DNA of 64,000 nucleotides from an uncultured Trueperaceae bacterium. GTDB taxonomy: Bacteria > Deinococcota > Deinococci > Deinococcales > Trueperaceae. The position numbers and the translations under genes were made by a program. The stretch spans positions 128,001 through 192,000 of the forward strand of contig CAWCXJ010000013.1 of NCBI GenBank assembly GCA_963799485.1, written 5' to 3'. Shown here in pieces: positions 48,351 through 58,262 of this stretch. Below the pieces are notes generated by a model. That model was given only the letters and a program-made list of their open reading frames with translations. It was not told where the DNA came from and searched no databases. How positions within the stretch are numbered: position 1 is the stretch's first letter; every line of letters starts with the position of its first letter.

Positions 48351-48429
48351 CTGTTACCTCGTTCATTGCACTGATTACGGCAACATGTTGATGTGTGCCG
48401 TTGGTGAAACGTCACCAGAACCTCGCTCG

Positions 48430-49809
48430 TTATTTTGTCAAGGTGGCTTCGGCGTGCGTTTCTTTGGCCTGTGTCTCTTTGGCCTGCGTTTCTTTGACCT
48501 GTGTCAAGGGAAAGAGCTCGTCTATGTTTACCAGCTGCCCGCTCGCCATAGAACGGTTGGCGGCGACGCCCACCAGTACCGAAGCAGCTCCGTCTACGTG
48601 CGAGGCGGCGCGGTCAAAAGGATCGGGCGGCGGCGCGGGTGAAAAGAGCTGCTCGAGCATCACCGGATCGGCCCCGCCGTGGCCTCCTTCACCTACCGGC
48701 ACATCAATATCCTCCGCTTGACCGAACATCGGGTAGAAGCGCAGTTCAGCTTGTTTATAGGCACCTTTGCTCGCCCCGGCGTCGCCCGTAGCTTGCACCT
48801 GCCCGTCCCCCGTGAGGTGGTTGATGCTTTCGGTGATGTAGAGCTCGAGCCGCCCCTTGGTACCGGTCACGGCTACGTGCAGACCTTCCCAGGGCGAATA
48901 GGTGACGAGGTGATACGAGAGCAGCGCGCCGCTGTGATAGCGCACCGACACGTTCATGGTGTCTTCGATGCTGATGGCGTCGCCGAAGACGTTGCGGTCG
49001 CGCAGGTAGCCGGTCTCGGCCTCGGCGTTTAGATACAATCCCTCAAGCACGGATTTGGAGCGCAGGTCGAGCGCGAAGGGGTCGTTCTCAGCCTCGGGGA
49101 CACCGGTGTAGCGTTCGTAAGCGTAGTGTTCGCCCCTCGCCTCAGCGTTCTCCCGCCCGTAAAAGAGCAGGTCGCCCATCGCCATCACCTGTTTGGGATA
49201 CGAGTCAAGCCACCAGTTCACCAGGTCGAAGTGATGCGTGGCCTTATGAACGAGCAGGCCGCCGCTGTTTTCTTTTTCGCGGTGCCAGCGCCGGAAGTAG
49301 TCCGCGCCGTGACTCGTGTCGAGCAACCAGGAAAAGTCCACCGAGAGAGGTTTACCGACCGCTCCGCCCCGCAGAAGCTCGCGGAAACGGGTAAACGCGG
49401 GTGAGTAGCGGTAGTTGAAGGTGACGCGCAAGTTCTTGCCGGTACGTTCTGTCGCCTCAAAAATCGCCTTCATTTTGGGAATGTCGGTGGTCATGGGCTT
49501 TTCGCTGATTACGTCGCAGCCGAGTTCCAGCGCCCGGATGATGTAGAGGTGGTGGTCGCGGTCTGTGGTGGTCACGATGACCGTGTCGGGCCGGGTGTCG
49601 GCGACCAGCTGGTCGAACTGCGCGGCGGGATAGCTGGGCAGTGTAGGCGCGCCCAGCGCCTCAAGCCTGGTTTTGTACCAGTTCATCCGGGTTTGGCTGA
49701 GGTCGCACAGGGCGACCACTTCACCCACCTCGCGGTAGGTGGTGGCTAAAGCCTCCAAAAACATCCCGGCGCGTGAGCCGGTTCCGACTAAAGCGTAACG
49801 TTTAGGCAT
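48430..49809 (-). CDS. Gfo/Idh/MocA oxidoreductase (YteT-like)
   Basis: [41 protein letters not shown]-terminal KETQA repeats. Confidence 0.9.
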   Translation of the reverse strand: MPKRYALVGTGSRAGMFLEALATTYREVGEVVALCDLSQTRMNWYKTRLEALGAPTLPSYPAAQFDQLVADTRPDTVIVTTTDRDHHLYIIRALELGCDVISEKPMTTDIPKMKAIFEATERTGKNLRVTFNYRYSPAFTRFRELLRGGAVGKPLSVDFSWLLDTSHGADYFRRWHREKENSGGLLVHKATHHFDLVNWWLDSYPKQVMAMGDLLFYGRENAEARGEHYAYERYTGVPEAENDPFALDLRSKSVLEGLYLNAEAETGYLRDRNVFGDAISIEDTMNVSVRYHSGALLSYHLVTYSPWEGLHVAVTGTKGRLELYITESINHLTGDGQVQATGDAGASKGAYKQAELRFYPMFGQAEDIDVPVGEGGHGGADPVMLEQLFSPAPPPDPFDRAASHVDGAASVLVGVAANRSMASGQLVNIDELFPLTQVKETQAKETQAKETHAEATLTK

Positions 49810-49817
49810 AAAGTCCC

Positions 49818-50444
49818 CTAAAGTTCAAAACGGTGCAGCACCCGCCGGGTTCCGTAACAGGCGACGAAAGCGAGCGCCGACACGCTAAAGAGCAGCGGTA
49901 CGGCTTTGGGTAAAAACAGGCTCGAGCCTACGACAGCGGCGCAGGCCGCCAAGCTTAGCAGCGCAGGCACCGGGTGGAGAAAGAGCAGCTTAAGGGCGGT
50001 TCGCCAGAGGTGGGTGAGCGGTTCCTCGAGCCTGACCAGCAGAGGCCATAAGTACATATTTAGTGCGGCGAGCGTTACAAGCACGCCGATGCTCAGGCCG
50101 CGCGCCATGATTAGCAGCGGGTTGGCATCGGCCTGCAAAGTTATCAACAGGTTGAAAACCAGCGGCGCGGCGATGAGCAGCTCGGTAAGCACAATGAGTG
50201 TCGCCCGCAGACCGTGCTTGCGAAAACCCCTAAAAAAGACGCTGAAGGGCTCGGGGCGCGAGCCCCCGACCCACTGACTCATCACCGCGACGAGTCCGGC
50301 GGTAGCGGCAGGCAGGGTTACGAGGGGCAGCGAGACGAAAACCCACAGCAGGTTGGCGAGGATAAAGGCGGCCCAGGCCTGGAGATGCTCGAGTACCTCC
50401 TGGTAATCTTGCCGAAAATCCTGTGCCGGACGTTGCGCGCTCAC
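49818..50444 (-). CDS. YesL/YteU-like (DUF624) membrane protein
   Basis: [24 protein letters not shown]...FFRGFRK; GTG overlaps the permease TGA. Confidence 0.8.
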   Translation of the reverse strand: MSAQRPAQDFRQDYQEVLEHLQAWAAFILANLLWVFVSLPLVTLPAATAGLVAVMSQWVGGSRPEPFSVFFRGFRKHGLRATLIVLTELLIAAPLVFNLLITLQADANPLLIMARGLSIGVLVTLAALNMYLWPLLVRLEEPLTHLWRTALKLLFLHPVPALLSLAACAAVVGSSLFLPKAVPLLFSVSALAFVACYGTRRVLHRFEL

Positions 50445-51328
50445 TTCAGCCCGCTCGTAGCGATACCTTCGACGATGTAGCGCTGGAAAAACACGAAGAT
50501 GAGAAAAACCGGTACCAGCGACAACGCCAGCATGGCAAACACCGCGCCCCAGTTCGTTACGCTGCCGGGGTCGGAAAACGAGCGCAGCGCCACCGAGACG
50601 GTGTACATACGGGGGTCGGTAAGGTAGACGAGCGGTTCTAAAAACTCTTCCCACAGCCAGTAAAACGAAAAGATGGCGCAGGTAATCAGCGCAGGCGTAA
50701 GCTGCGGCAAAATCACCCGGCTAAAGAGCGTAAACTGCGAGGCACCGTCGATGAGCGCAGCCTCGTCGAGTTCTTTGGGAATACCGCGGATGAACTGGAC
50801 GATCAGCAAGATGAAAAAGACCGAACCGGCCAGCTTGGGCAGGAGCAGCGGGTAAAAGGTGTTGAGCCAACCCAGTTGGCTGAAGATGATGTACTGGGGG
50901 ATAAGTAGCACCTGTTCGGGCAGCATGATCGTCAGCAGCATCAGGGCGAACCAGAAGCTCTTGCCCCAAAAGCGGACGCGTGCAAACCCGTAAGCGACCA
51001 GGGCGGAGGCGACCACCGAGATAAGCGTACCGAACCCCGCGTAGATAAACGAGTTTTTGTAGAAGGTCGCAAAGGTGATGCCGCCGAAGCCGCGCCAGCC
51101 TTGCAGGTAGTTCTCGGGGTGCCAGACCGGGGGGATGAGTGAGGAGACGTTCGTCCAGATATCGCTCGGCCCCTTGAAAGAGCTGGCAAAAAGCCAGAAC
51201 ACCGGGTAGAGCATCAGCAAGCCGAACAGACCGACGCCCACGTGGTAAAACGCGCTGTTCCAGGTTTTTTTGCGCTTTTTGTCGCGCCCCTGGGCAGCCG
51301 CAGCGGGCGGGCCGGAAACGGTAGCCAC
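50441..51328 (-). CDS. Carbohydrate ABC permease (YesQ/MalG-like)
   Basis: EAA loop [29 protein letters not shown]. Confidence 0.93.
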   Translation of the reverse strand: MATVSGPPAAAAQGRDKKRKKTWNSAFYHVGVGLFGLLMLYPVFWLFASSFKGPSDIWTNVSSLIPPVWHPENYLQGWRGFGGITFATFYKNSFIYAGFGTLISVVASALVAYGFARVRFWGKSFWFALMLLTIMLPEQVLLIPQYIIFSQLGWLNTFYPLLLPKLAGSVFFILLIVQFIRGIPKELDEAALIDGASQFTLFSRVILPQLTPALITCAIFSFYWLWEEFLEPLVYLTDPRMYTVSVALRSFSDPGSVTNWGAVFAMLALSLVPVFLIFVFFQRYIVEGIATSGLK

Positions 51329-52288
51329 TATTTCACCTCGGTTTCGTAATAGACCCAGTACGAGGACAGTTTGAAGCTGATTGCCGTCAAGACGCCGATA
51401 ACGATGAGCATGATCCAGGCCATCGCAGCGGCGTAACCCATTTCAAAAGAGACGAAAGCCCGCTGGTAGAGGTAGAGCGAGTAAAAGAGTGTGGTGTCTA
51501 AAGGCGCGCCCCCCGTGACTAAAAAGGCTTGGGTAAAGACCTTGAAACCGGCGATCATCTGCATGATCAGGTTAAAAAAGATGATGGGCGTCAGCAGCGG
51601 CAGGGTGATGCGGAGAAACTTGGCCCAGTAGTGTGCCCCGTCTATCGCCGACGCCTCATAAAGCTCGTTGGGGATCTGCCGTAAACCTGCCAAAAACACC
51701 AGCATCGGTGAGCCGAACTGCCAGACAGCCAGGACGATCAGCGTCCAGATCGCCGTGTCGGGATTGCCGAGCCAGTTGACGGTGGGCAGTCCCAAGGAGG
51801 CGGTTACCGCGTTTACGACCCCTTGGCTGCCGAAGAGTTGCCGCCACATAATCGCCACTGCGACGCTCGCCCCGATAACTGAAGGCACGTAGTAGGCCGC
51901 GCGGTACCAGTAGACGCCGCGCCGTTTGGTGTTAAGCAGCATGGCGACGGCGAGCGCAAAAACGAGGCGCAGCGGCACGGCGAGAGCCACGTACTTAAAG
52001 GTCGCCTCTACCGAGTTCCAGTAGCGAATATCTTGGGTAAACATGCGCTCGAAATTGTCCCAGACCGATAAAGTTCCAGCCGCCCAGCACGTCGTAGTCG
52101 GTGAAGGCCAGAAATAGCGAAATCGCGATGGGAATAAAACCAAACAAAAAGAAACCGATAAGCCACGGCGAAATAAACAGATAACCGGCGAGGTTGTTGC
52201 GCCCGAAGTCTCTCGACTTTCTTCCCTTGCGCGGCGTATCTGCGGGTGTTTGGCTCGGAAATGCCGACTTGACGGGAGCTTTACTCAT
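51328..52288 (-). pseudogene. Carbohydrate ABC permease (YesP/MalF-like) with a +1 frameshift
   Basis: GYLFISPWLIGF...WNFIGL lies in one frame and DNFERMF...ELYEASAIDGA in another; extra G in GGG (plus-strand CCC at 52059-61). Confidence 0.85.
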
Positions 52289-52342
52289 GGGTTCGCCTCA
52301 CTTACCGGGACGGGTGGCGAGAGCCACCCGTCGCCGGACACG

Positions 52343-53635
52343 CTACTGGCTGCTACGCGCCAGGATGGGGTCGGCTTCGCTGCGCAGAACCTGCGCGCCC
52401 TGCTCGGGTGTCATCTGACCGAACAACACCGGATCGACGAAAAGCGGGATGTAGACGTTGTTGAGTACGTCCGACCAGCCGGGGGGGTCGGGGGGCGGTA
52501 CCGGGCTCGAGTCCTCGGTCAGAGTAGCGATGTAGTCAAAGGTGAGCGCCGAGGCCGCGTCGAGCTTGGGTTGCAGGTACTCGGCGACCGCAGTCGAGAT
52601 GGGCACGCCGCGTTCGGCAAAGAGCACGTCGTTGGCCGCTTTGTTGTTCAAAAAGTAGTCGATGAACACAGCGGCTTCTTCGGGGTTTTCGCACTGCGAG
52701 GTAAGCGAAAAGAACATGCTCGGTTTGAGGTAGTTTTCTGACTGACCCCCCTCGGGGCGTGGCAGGGTGAGGAGCGCCAGGTTGCGGTCCTCACCGGCAG
52801 CCGTTTGCAGCGCGACCACCTGGTTGCTCCAGGCGTAGTTCATCGCGGCTTGACCGGTAACGAGCGGTGACTGCTCGAGGTTTACGTCGCGCAGTTCGAC
52901 GGCCTGCTGCGCGTTGGGAATCACGCCCGCGTCTTGGAGGCGCAAGATCATGCTGAAGTAGTCGATGACCGGCTGGTCGTTTTCGTAGCCCAAGGCGGTA
53001 CCCGCGTCGTTAAAGGCCCACTCGCCCTCGCCGATAAGAAGCGACTTCCAGAGCGCCTGATCGGTCAGCCCTGCGTCGATGGCCCAGATGCCCAGGTTTT
53101 CGTGCAAGGCCGCAGCGAAGGTTTCAAAGTCCGCCCAGGTCCAGTCCGGCGCGGGCAGCTCGAGCCCCGCCTGCTCGACTAAATCTACGTCGACGATAAA
53201 GGTTTGCGAGTTGGTACCCAGCGAAATCCCGTAGACGCTGCCGTCTAAACGCCCGCCCCCGAGAAGCACGTCGGGAATGCTGCTCGTGTCGATGGTACCC
53301 GACGCGATGTAAGGATCGAGCGGCGCGAGCAGGCCGCGCGTCTGCCACTCGCCCAAGTAGGCGTAATCTTGCTGCATGACGCAGGCGACCTGACCGCCCG
53401 CCGCCTGCGTGCTGACCCGCGTCCAGTAGTCGGGCCAACCCGAAAACTCGTACTCGACGTTGATATCCGGGTTTTCGGCCTCGAACATATTGATCACCTC
53501 GACCGTGCGGTCGTGGCGATCTTGCGACCCCCACCAGGTGACGCTAATGGTAACCGGGTCTTGCTGGGCCGACGCAACTCCCAGCAACATAGTAAGCCCG
53601 AGCGTAGACGTTCCTAAACGCTTCCACCGCTTCAT
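52343..53635 (-). CDS. Sugar ABC substrate-binding protein (YesO-like)
   Basis: Signal peptide; WWGSQDRH, WTW.DF, WSNQ, KPSM, ERGVP. Confidence 0.9.
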   Translation of the reverse strand: MKRWKRLGTSTLGLTMLLGVASAQQDPVTISVTWWGSQDRHDRTVEVINMFEAENPDINVEYEFSGWPDYWTRVSTQAAGGQVACVMQQDYAYLGEWQTRGLLAPLDPYIASGTIDTSSIPDVLLGGGRLDGSVYGISLGTNSQTFIVDVDLVEQAGLELPAPDWTWADFETFAAALHENLGIWAIDAGLTDQALWKSLLIGEGEWAFNDAGTALGYENDQPVIDYFSMILRLQDAGVIPNAQQAVELRDVNLEQSPLVTGQAAMNYAWSNQVVALQTAAGEDRNLALLTLPRPEGGQSENYLKPSMFFSLTSQCENPEEAAVFIDYFLNNKAANDVLFAERGVPISTAVAEYLQPKLDAASALTFDYIATLTEDSSPVPPPDPPGWSDVLNNVYIPLFVDPVLFGQMTPEQGAQVLRSEADPILARSSQ

Positions 53636-53735
53636 AACAACCTCCTTCAGGTTGGCATTGCCGGTTTTGTCTTCTCGCCGCTACAGACGCTATAGAGCGT
53701 GCTGGCGACGATTGACCTCGACTTAGTTGAGCTAA

Positions 53736-53960
53736 ACTTGACCGTTCAAGTCACAATTTATACCAGTGCTCGGGGAAAGTCAACCCTGACCCTAAAGCCC
53801 TCCCGGGTTTGAATATATAATGTTGCCGTAATTAGCTGAGGTCGGTGTCGTCGCCGCTGTCACAAACGCCGTGAAAGCGCTTTTTGCTGAAATCGGCCCA
53901 TCACCGGCGACGCCCGTAACGAGCCCAGCCGCCGCTTTTCATTGAGTTGAGCGGTCAAGT
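53736..53960. promoter_or_regulatory. Two LacI-type operators of form TTGAnCGnTCAA
   Basis: ACTTGACCGTTCAAGT at 53736-51 and TTGAGCGGTCAA at 53947-58, one near each divergent gene. Confidence 0.75.
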
Positions 53961-53994
53961 TAAGGCTCTGGGATGTGGTGTTAGTATGACAATT

Positions 53995-55038
53995 ATGAAA
54001 AAACAGCCGGTCACGCTACGCGACGTCGCCAGGCTCGCCGGCGTCTCCTACCAGGCGGTTTCTTTGGTCGTCAACGACAAACCCGGTGTCTCTGAAGAGA
54101 CGCGGACACGCCTCCGCAAGCTGCTGCAAGAGCTCGACTACCACCCCAACAAAGGGGCGCAGATGCTCAGCACCAACCGCTCACGGATGCTCGAGCTGTT
54201 CTGGGTCGATGTCCACTATGCGGGCCGGCTCGCCGACACGACCAAAAACATGGCGAATACCGCCAAGGCGCACGGCTACAGCTTGCTCGTTTCCGAGACG
54301 GACGCGGCGGGGCTGGGGGCGGCTGTCCGGGGGGCACGCTCGAGACTGGTCGACGGCGTTATCTTGTACGCACCTCGTTTGCAGCTCGCAGACGAAGACC
54401 TGCTGGGGCTTTTCGACGGTTTGCCGATGGTGCGCCGCGACTTTGTACCCGGCTCGAGGCTCCCCTGGGTCGGTTTCGACCAGGTACACGCCACTCGACT
54501 GGCAGTCGAACACCTTATCGATTTAGGGCATAGGCACGTCGCCGCCATCCCGCCGGAACCCGGTATCTTAAACGGCCTCTGGCGCGCCGACACCTGCCGC
54601 GCGGTGCTGCTCGGGCGCGGCCTCACCCCCGGCCCGGTCGCCTACGGGGACTACAGCATCGGCAGCGGCTACCGGGCGGCGCAGGGCTTGCTCGACAGTG
54701 GCGAAGTTTTTACGGCGGTAGTCGTCGGTACGGACAACATGGCGCTCGGGGCCGTTCGCGCCTTTCGGGAACGCGGCCTCAGTGTGCCCGCCGACGTGTC
54801 CATCGTGAGCTTCGACAACACCGAATTTGCCGCCTATCTGGAGCCGCCCCTTACGACGGTGGATTTTTCGTTCGGGCAACAAGACGAGGTGGCGGTCGGC
54901 TACCTGCTCGAGCTGCTCGACGCCCCCGACATGACGGTGCATCAGCGCATCCTGACCCCTGAGCTGGTAGTGCGTGAGAGCACGCAGCCGCCGCGCGAGA
55001 CCCGTATTGCCGTAAGCGAAGGGAGCAAGGTAGCATGA
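53995..55038 (+). CDS. LacI family transcriptional regulator
   Basis: [37 protein letters not shown]. Confidence 0.94.
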   Translation: MKKQPVTLRDVARLAGVSYQAVSLVVNDKPGVSEETRTRLRKLLQELDYHPNKGAQMLSTNRSRMLELFWVDVHYAGRLADTTKNMANTAKAHGYSLLVSETDAAGLGAAVRGARSRLVDGVILYAPRLQLADEDLLGLFDGLPMVRRDFVPGSRLPWVGFDQVHATRLAVEHLIDLGHRHVAAIPPEPGILNGLWRADTCRAVLLGRGLTPGPVAYGDYSIGSGYRAAQGLLDSGEVFTAVVVGTDNMALGAVRAFRERGLSVPADVSIVSFDNTEFAAYLEPPLTTVDFSFGQQDEVAVGYLLELLDAPDMTVHQRILTPELVVRESTQPPRETRIAVSEGSKVA

Positions 55039-56129
55039 CTCGCGCAAACCCTTACCGCGTCGCCCTGGTGGGTACCGGACAGTCCGTCGGCAATCATCTG
55101 ACGGCGATTCGGCAGCTCGCTGGGCGCGCTGAACTCGTCGCCGCCGTCGATCTCGACGAAGCGCGCGTTCGCACGTTTGCACAAAAGCACGGTGTCCCCA
55201 ACGTCTACACCGACGCAAAGACCATGCTGGCGTGTGAAAAACCCGACCTCGTGCATATCGTGACGCCCCCGGCGACCCACACGCCGCTTACCCTGATGTG
55301 TCTGGGGGCCGGAGCCTGGGTCTACTGCGAAAAACCGCTGTGCGCGTCGCTGGCCGAATTCGACGCCATCACAAAAGCCGAAAATGAAAGTGGCTGCTAC
55401 GTCAGCACGGTCTTTCAGTGGCGTTTCGGCTCGGCGGCGAAACACCTCAAGCAGCTCAGCGACAAGGGGGCGTTGGGGCGTCCCTTTGTCGCTATTTGTA
55501 ATACCCTCTGGTACCGCAGTGCTGAGTACTACGCCGTCCCCTGGCGCGGTAAGTGGACTACGGAAATCGGCGGCCCGACCGCGACTTTAGGCATCCACCT
55601 TATGGATTTGTGCCTGTGGCTTTTGGGCGACTGGGCGGAAGTGCGCGCGATGATCGGCACGTTAGAACGCAGCATCGAGGTCGAGGACGTGTCGCTGGCG
55701 CTCGTACGCTTTGAGAACGGCGCGCTGGCGACGCTGACCAACAGCGCCCTCTCGCCACGGCAAGAATCCTATTTGCGGCTTGACTTTCAGCGCGCCACCG
55801 CCGAAGTGTCGGCGCTCTACCGCTACAGCAACGCCGACTGGCGCGTCACCCTGCCGGATGGCGTGGACGACCCCGAAGCGCTGGCGAGTTGGGCGGCGCT
55901 CACCGAGGACATTTCAGGGAGGCACGAGGTGCAACTTGCTGAAATCCTGACGAGTATGGACGCGGGCATGCGCCCGCCCGTAAGTGGAGGGGAGGCGCGG
56001 CGCATCCTCGAGTTTCTAGCCTCTCTCTACAAGTCCGCCCTGACGGGCGAAAACGTCCGGCGCGGCAGCATCGGCCCCGGCGACCCCTTTTACAGCGCCA
56101 TGAACGGTAACGCCACCCCGTCTGTTTGA
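55035..56129 (+). CDS. Gfo/Idh/MocA family oxidoreductase
   Basis: ALVGTG, TPPATH, EKP, WRGKW, GIHLMD. Confidence 0.92.
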   Translation: MTRANPYRVALVGTGQSVGNHLTAIRQLAGRAELVAAVDLDEARVRTFAQKHGVPNVYTDAKTMLACEKPDLVHIVTPPATHTPLTLMCLGAGAWVYCEKPLCASLAEFDAITKAENESGCYVSTVFQWRFGSAAKHLKQLSDKGALGRPFVAICNTLWYRSAEYYAVPWRGKWTTEIGGPTATLGIHLMDLCLWLLGDWAEVRAMIGTLERSIEVEDVSLALVRFENGALATLTNSALSPRQESYLRLDFQRATAEVSALYRYSNADWRVTLPDGVDDPEALASWAALTEDISGRHEVQLAEILTSMDAGMRPPVSGGEARRILEFLASLYKSALTGENVRRGSIGPGDPFYSAMNGNATPSV

Positions 56130-56141
56130 CCTGCGCGAGGT

Positions 56142-57050
56142 TTACAACCACCGTGCCAAAAACGCCAGCGCGTCGGCGCGCATCGCCGCCGTTTCATAGT
56201 GGCCCGTATCGTACTGTTTGAGTTCCCACGCCTCCGGCGCACCTGCAGCGGCGTAGACTGCTTGTAGCTCGAGGTCGATGCGCTCCAGCCCCACTGCGGG
56301 CGTCAGCGGGTCGAAACGTCCCGCCAAACTCAGGTGAGGCCGGGGTGCGATGAGCGCGTTGATTTGCGCCGTCGTAAAGTGCTTGAGCAGGCTCGGTACG
56401 TAGTAATAGATGCCGTGACCGTCTAAGCCGCGCGCCTCGAGCAGCGCCCCAAAATCCGTCAGGCAGCACAGGTCTACGCAGACCTTGACGCGCGTATCGA
56501 GCGCGGCGAGCCATCAGCTCATGGTGCTGCCCATCGACAAACCCAGCGTACCGATGCGCCCCCCGTCCACGTCGTCCCGGCTCGTCAGGTAGTCCAGCGC
56601 GCGCAGGCTGTCGAAAACCATCAGGCCCCAGAGCACCTGCCCCAGCCACAACATCGCCTTGAACAGCTCGCTGTGGGAGCGGCCCCGACGCTCCCCGAAA
56701 CCCCACATATCGAGGCAAAAGACCGCGTAGCCGCGTTCGAGCAGCGGCGTCACGTAAGGCGGCCCTTGCAGCTCGGCGCGTCCGTTGAGTAACTCATCCT
56801 TGCCCAGCTCGAAGTCGCCGCCGTGCGCGTGGATGTAGAGCACGACGGGCAGTTTGCCCGCGCCATTTTTCGGTTTTACAAAGTAAGCCGGAACCGCCTC
56901 GCTGCCGTTTAGGTCGAGCAGCAGGGTCTCGAGCAGATAGCCGCCCCGGTCTTCTTGCTTGACGAGCCGGGCGCTGACGGGACGCTCGAAGGACGGCAAA
57001 TCACCTAGCAAGCTGAGAAGGCGGCGTCGTTCTTTTACGGTGAAAGACAT
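56142..57050 (-). pseudogene. Alpha/beta hydrolase (dienelactone hydrolase/YtaP-like esterase) with an in-frame TGA
   Basis: HAHGG, GFGER, nucleophile GLSMG; then STMS*WLAALD (TGA at 56514-16); the frame continues through DPLTP and GHYET to 56142. Confidence 0.87.
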
Positions 57051-57054
57051 ATGC

Positions 57055-57310
57055 CTAAGACCTAACCAGCGGGAGCGTCTCGATATCGACCACAGGTACA
57101 GTATAGACGTTGCCGTAACCCGAACGGTCGGAGGTGAACACGACGTAACGCCTGCCCGGTGACAGGTGCGGATGCGTCTGCTGGAGGTGGCTGCTCGAGT
57201 CGTGACGGCACAGCACGTGGGGCGGCCCGTAGCGCTCGCCGTTTCACGCCCAGAGCCGAATCACGCCCCCGCCGTCGCCGACAATGAGACTTTCGTCAAG
57301 CGAAAAAACT
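57055..57310 (-). pseudogene. 3' remnant of an oligogalacturonate lyase (Ogl/PL22-like)
   Basis: Manual translation: [66 protein letters not shown]...*. Confidence 0.7.
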
Positions 57311-57534
57311 GAGACCCGGACGAAAGTCAGTCAGCAGGGTCAGAGACGGCATAAAGTGCGGGTCAAGTGTGCTAGAGAAGAGGCTGTACCAGGGGCTTTA
57401 GCGAGACGAGCAGCGTTGAACTTAGCAAGCGTTTCATGTTTCCTCCTGGTTTGACCACGAAACTGATTTGACACCCTAAAACTTAAGGGGGGCTTAAGGA
57501 CCGCTGACCCCTGCCCGCTCAGGTAGAGTAACGG

Positions 57535-58188
57535 ATGATTCAAGCCGTAATTTTCGATATGGACGGGCTTTTAATCGACTCCGAACCCGTGTGGGACAGG
57601 GCCAGGGCGGCGATGGCGGCGCGTTTGGGACAGAGCTGGGACAAACGTGACCATCAAGCCGTAATGGGCGTTTCGACCGCTGAGTGGGCAGATTATATGA
57701 AAGACAAGTGGCAGTTAGGGAAGAGCCGGGAAGAGGTCGTCGCTGAAATCGTCGGGCAGATGCGCGACTTTTACCGGGAGCGGATTCCGTTTCGGCAACA
57801 TGCGGTCGCGGCGGTGGAGCTAGCAGCAAAGCACTACCGCACGGCGCTCGCATCGGGCTCTGAAAGTAGCCTTATCGAGCTGGTAACGGCCTCACCGGAG
57901 CTTGAAGGTAAGCTCGAGGTCATCCTGAGCGCCGACAAGGTAGCACGCGGCAAACCGCACCCGGACGTGTACTTGGAGACCGCCCGGCTTCTAGGCGTCG
58001 CACCCGGGTCTTGCGTGTGTCTGGAAGATTCGCAAAATGGCGTCCTGGCGGGTCTCAATGCCGGGATGAAGGTCATTGCCATCCCCGACCCCGCGTTTCC
58101 GGTAGACGTGGCGGTCCTCTCGCGGGCGGACATGGTATTTGCCTCGCTGGACGAGTTTACGCTCGCGCGACTTGAGGGTCTGGCCTGA
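57535..58188 (+). CDS. HAD family phosphatase
   Basis: FDMDGLLIDSE, ASGS, KPHPDVY, EDSQNG. Confidence 0.93.
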   Translation: MIQAVIFDMDGLLIDSEPVWDRARAAMAARLGQSWDKRDHQAVMGVSTAEWADYMKDKWQLGKSREEVVAEIVGQMRDFYRERIPFRQHAVAAVELAAKHYRTALASGSESSLIELVTASPELEGKLEVILSADKVARGKPHPDVYLETARLLGVAPGSCVCLEDSQNGVLAGLNAGMKVIAIPDPAFPVDVAVLSRADMVFASLDEFTLARLEGLA

Positions 58189-58262
58189 CCCGGAGATTTC
58201 GCAGGGGCTCGAGCTAAAAAAGTACGCCCCAAACTTTCAGGGCGTACCGGAGCGCTTTGACC

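Noticed and set aside
248..57310. Stop-codon reassignment suggested by in-frame TGA/TAG at probable Trp or other sense positions (311, 35570, 56514, 57244)
   Set aside because: TGA and TAG terminate many intact genes here, TGG is used normally, and the affected loci or their neighbours also carry frameshifts and deletions. Nonsense decay explains the pattern better.
57244..57310. WD40 protein C-terminus ([12 protein letters not shown])
   Set aside because: The frame continues past the TGA into HPH and FTSD motifs that fit Ogl better in this pectin context.
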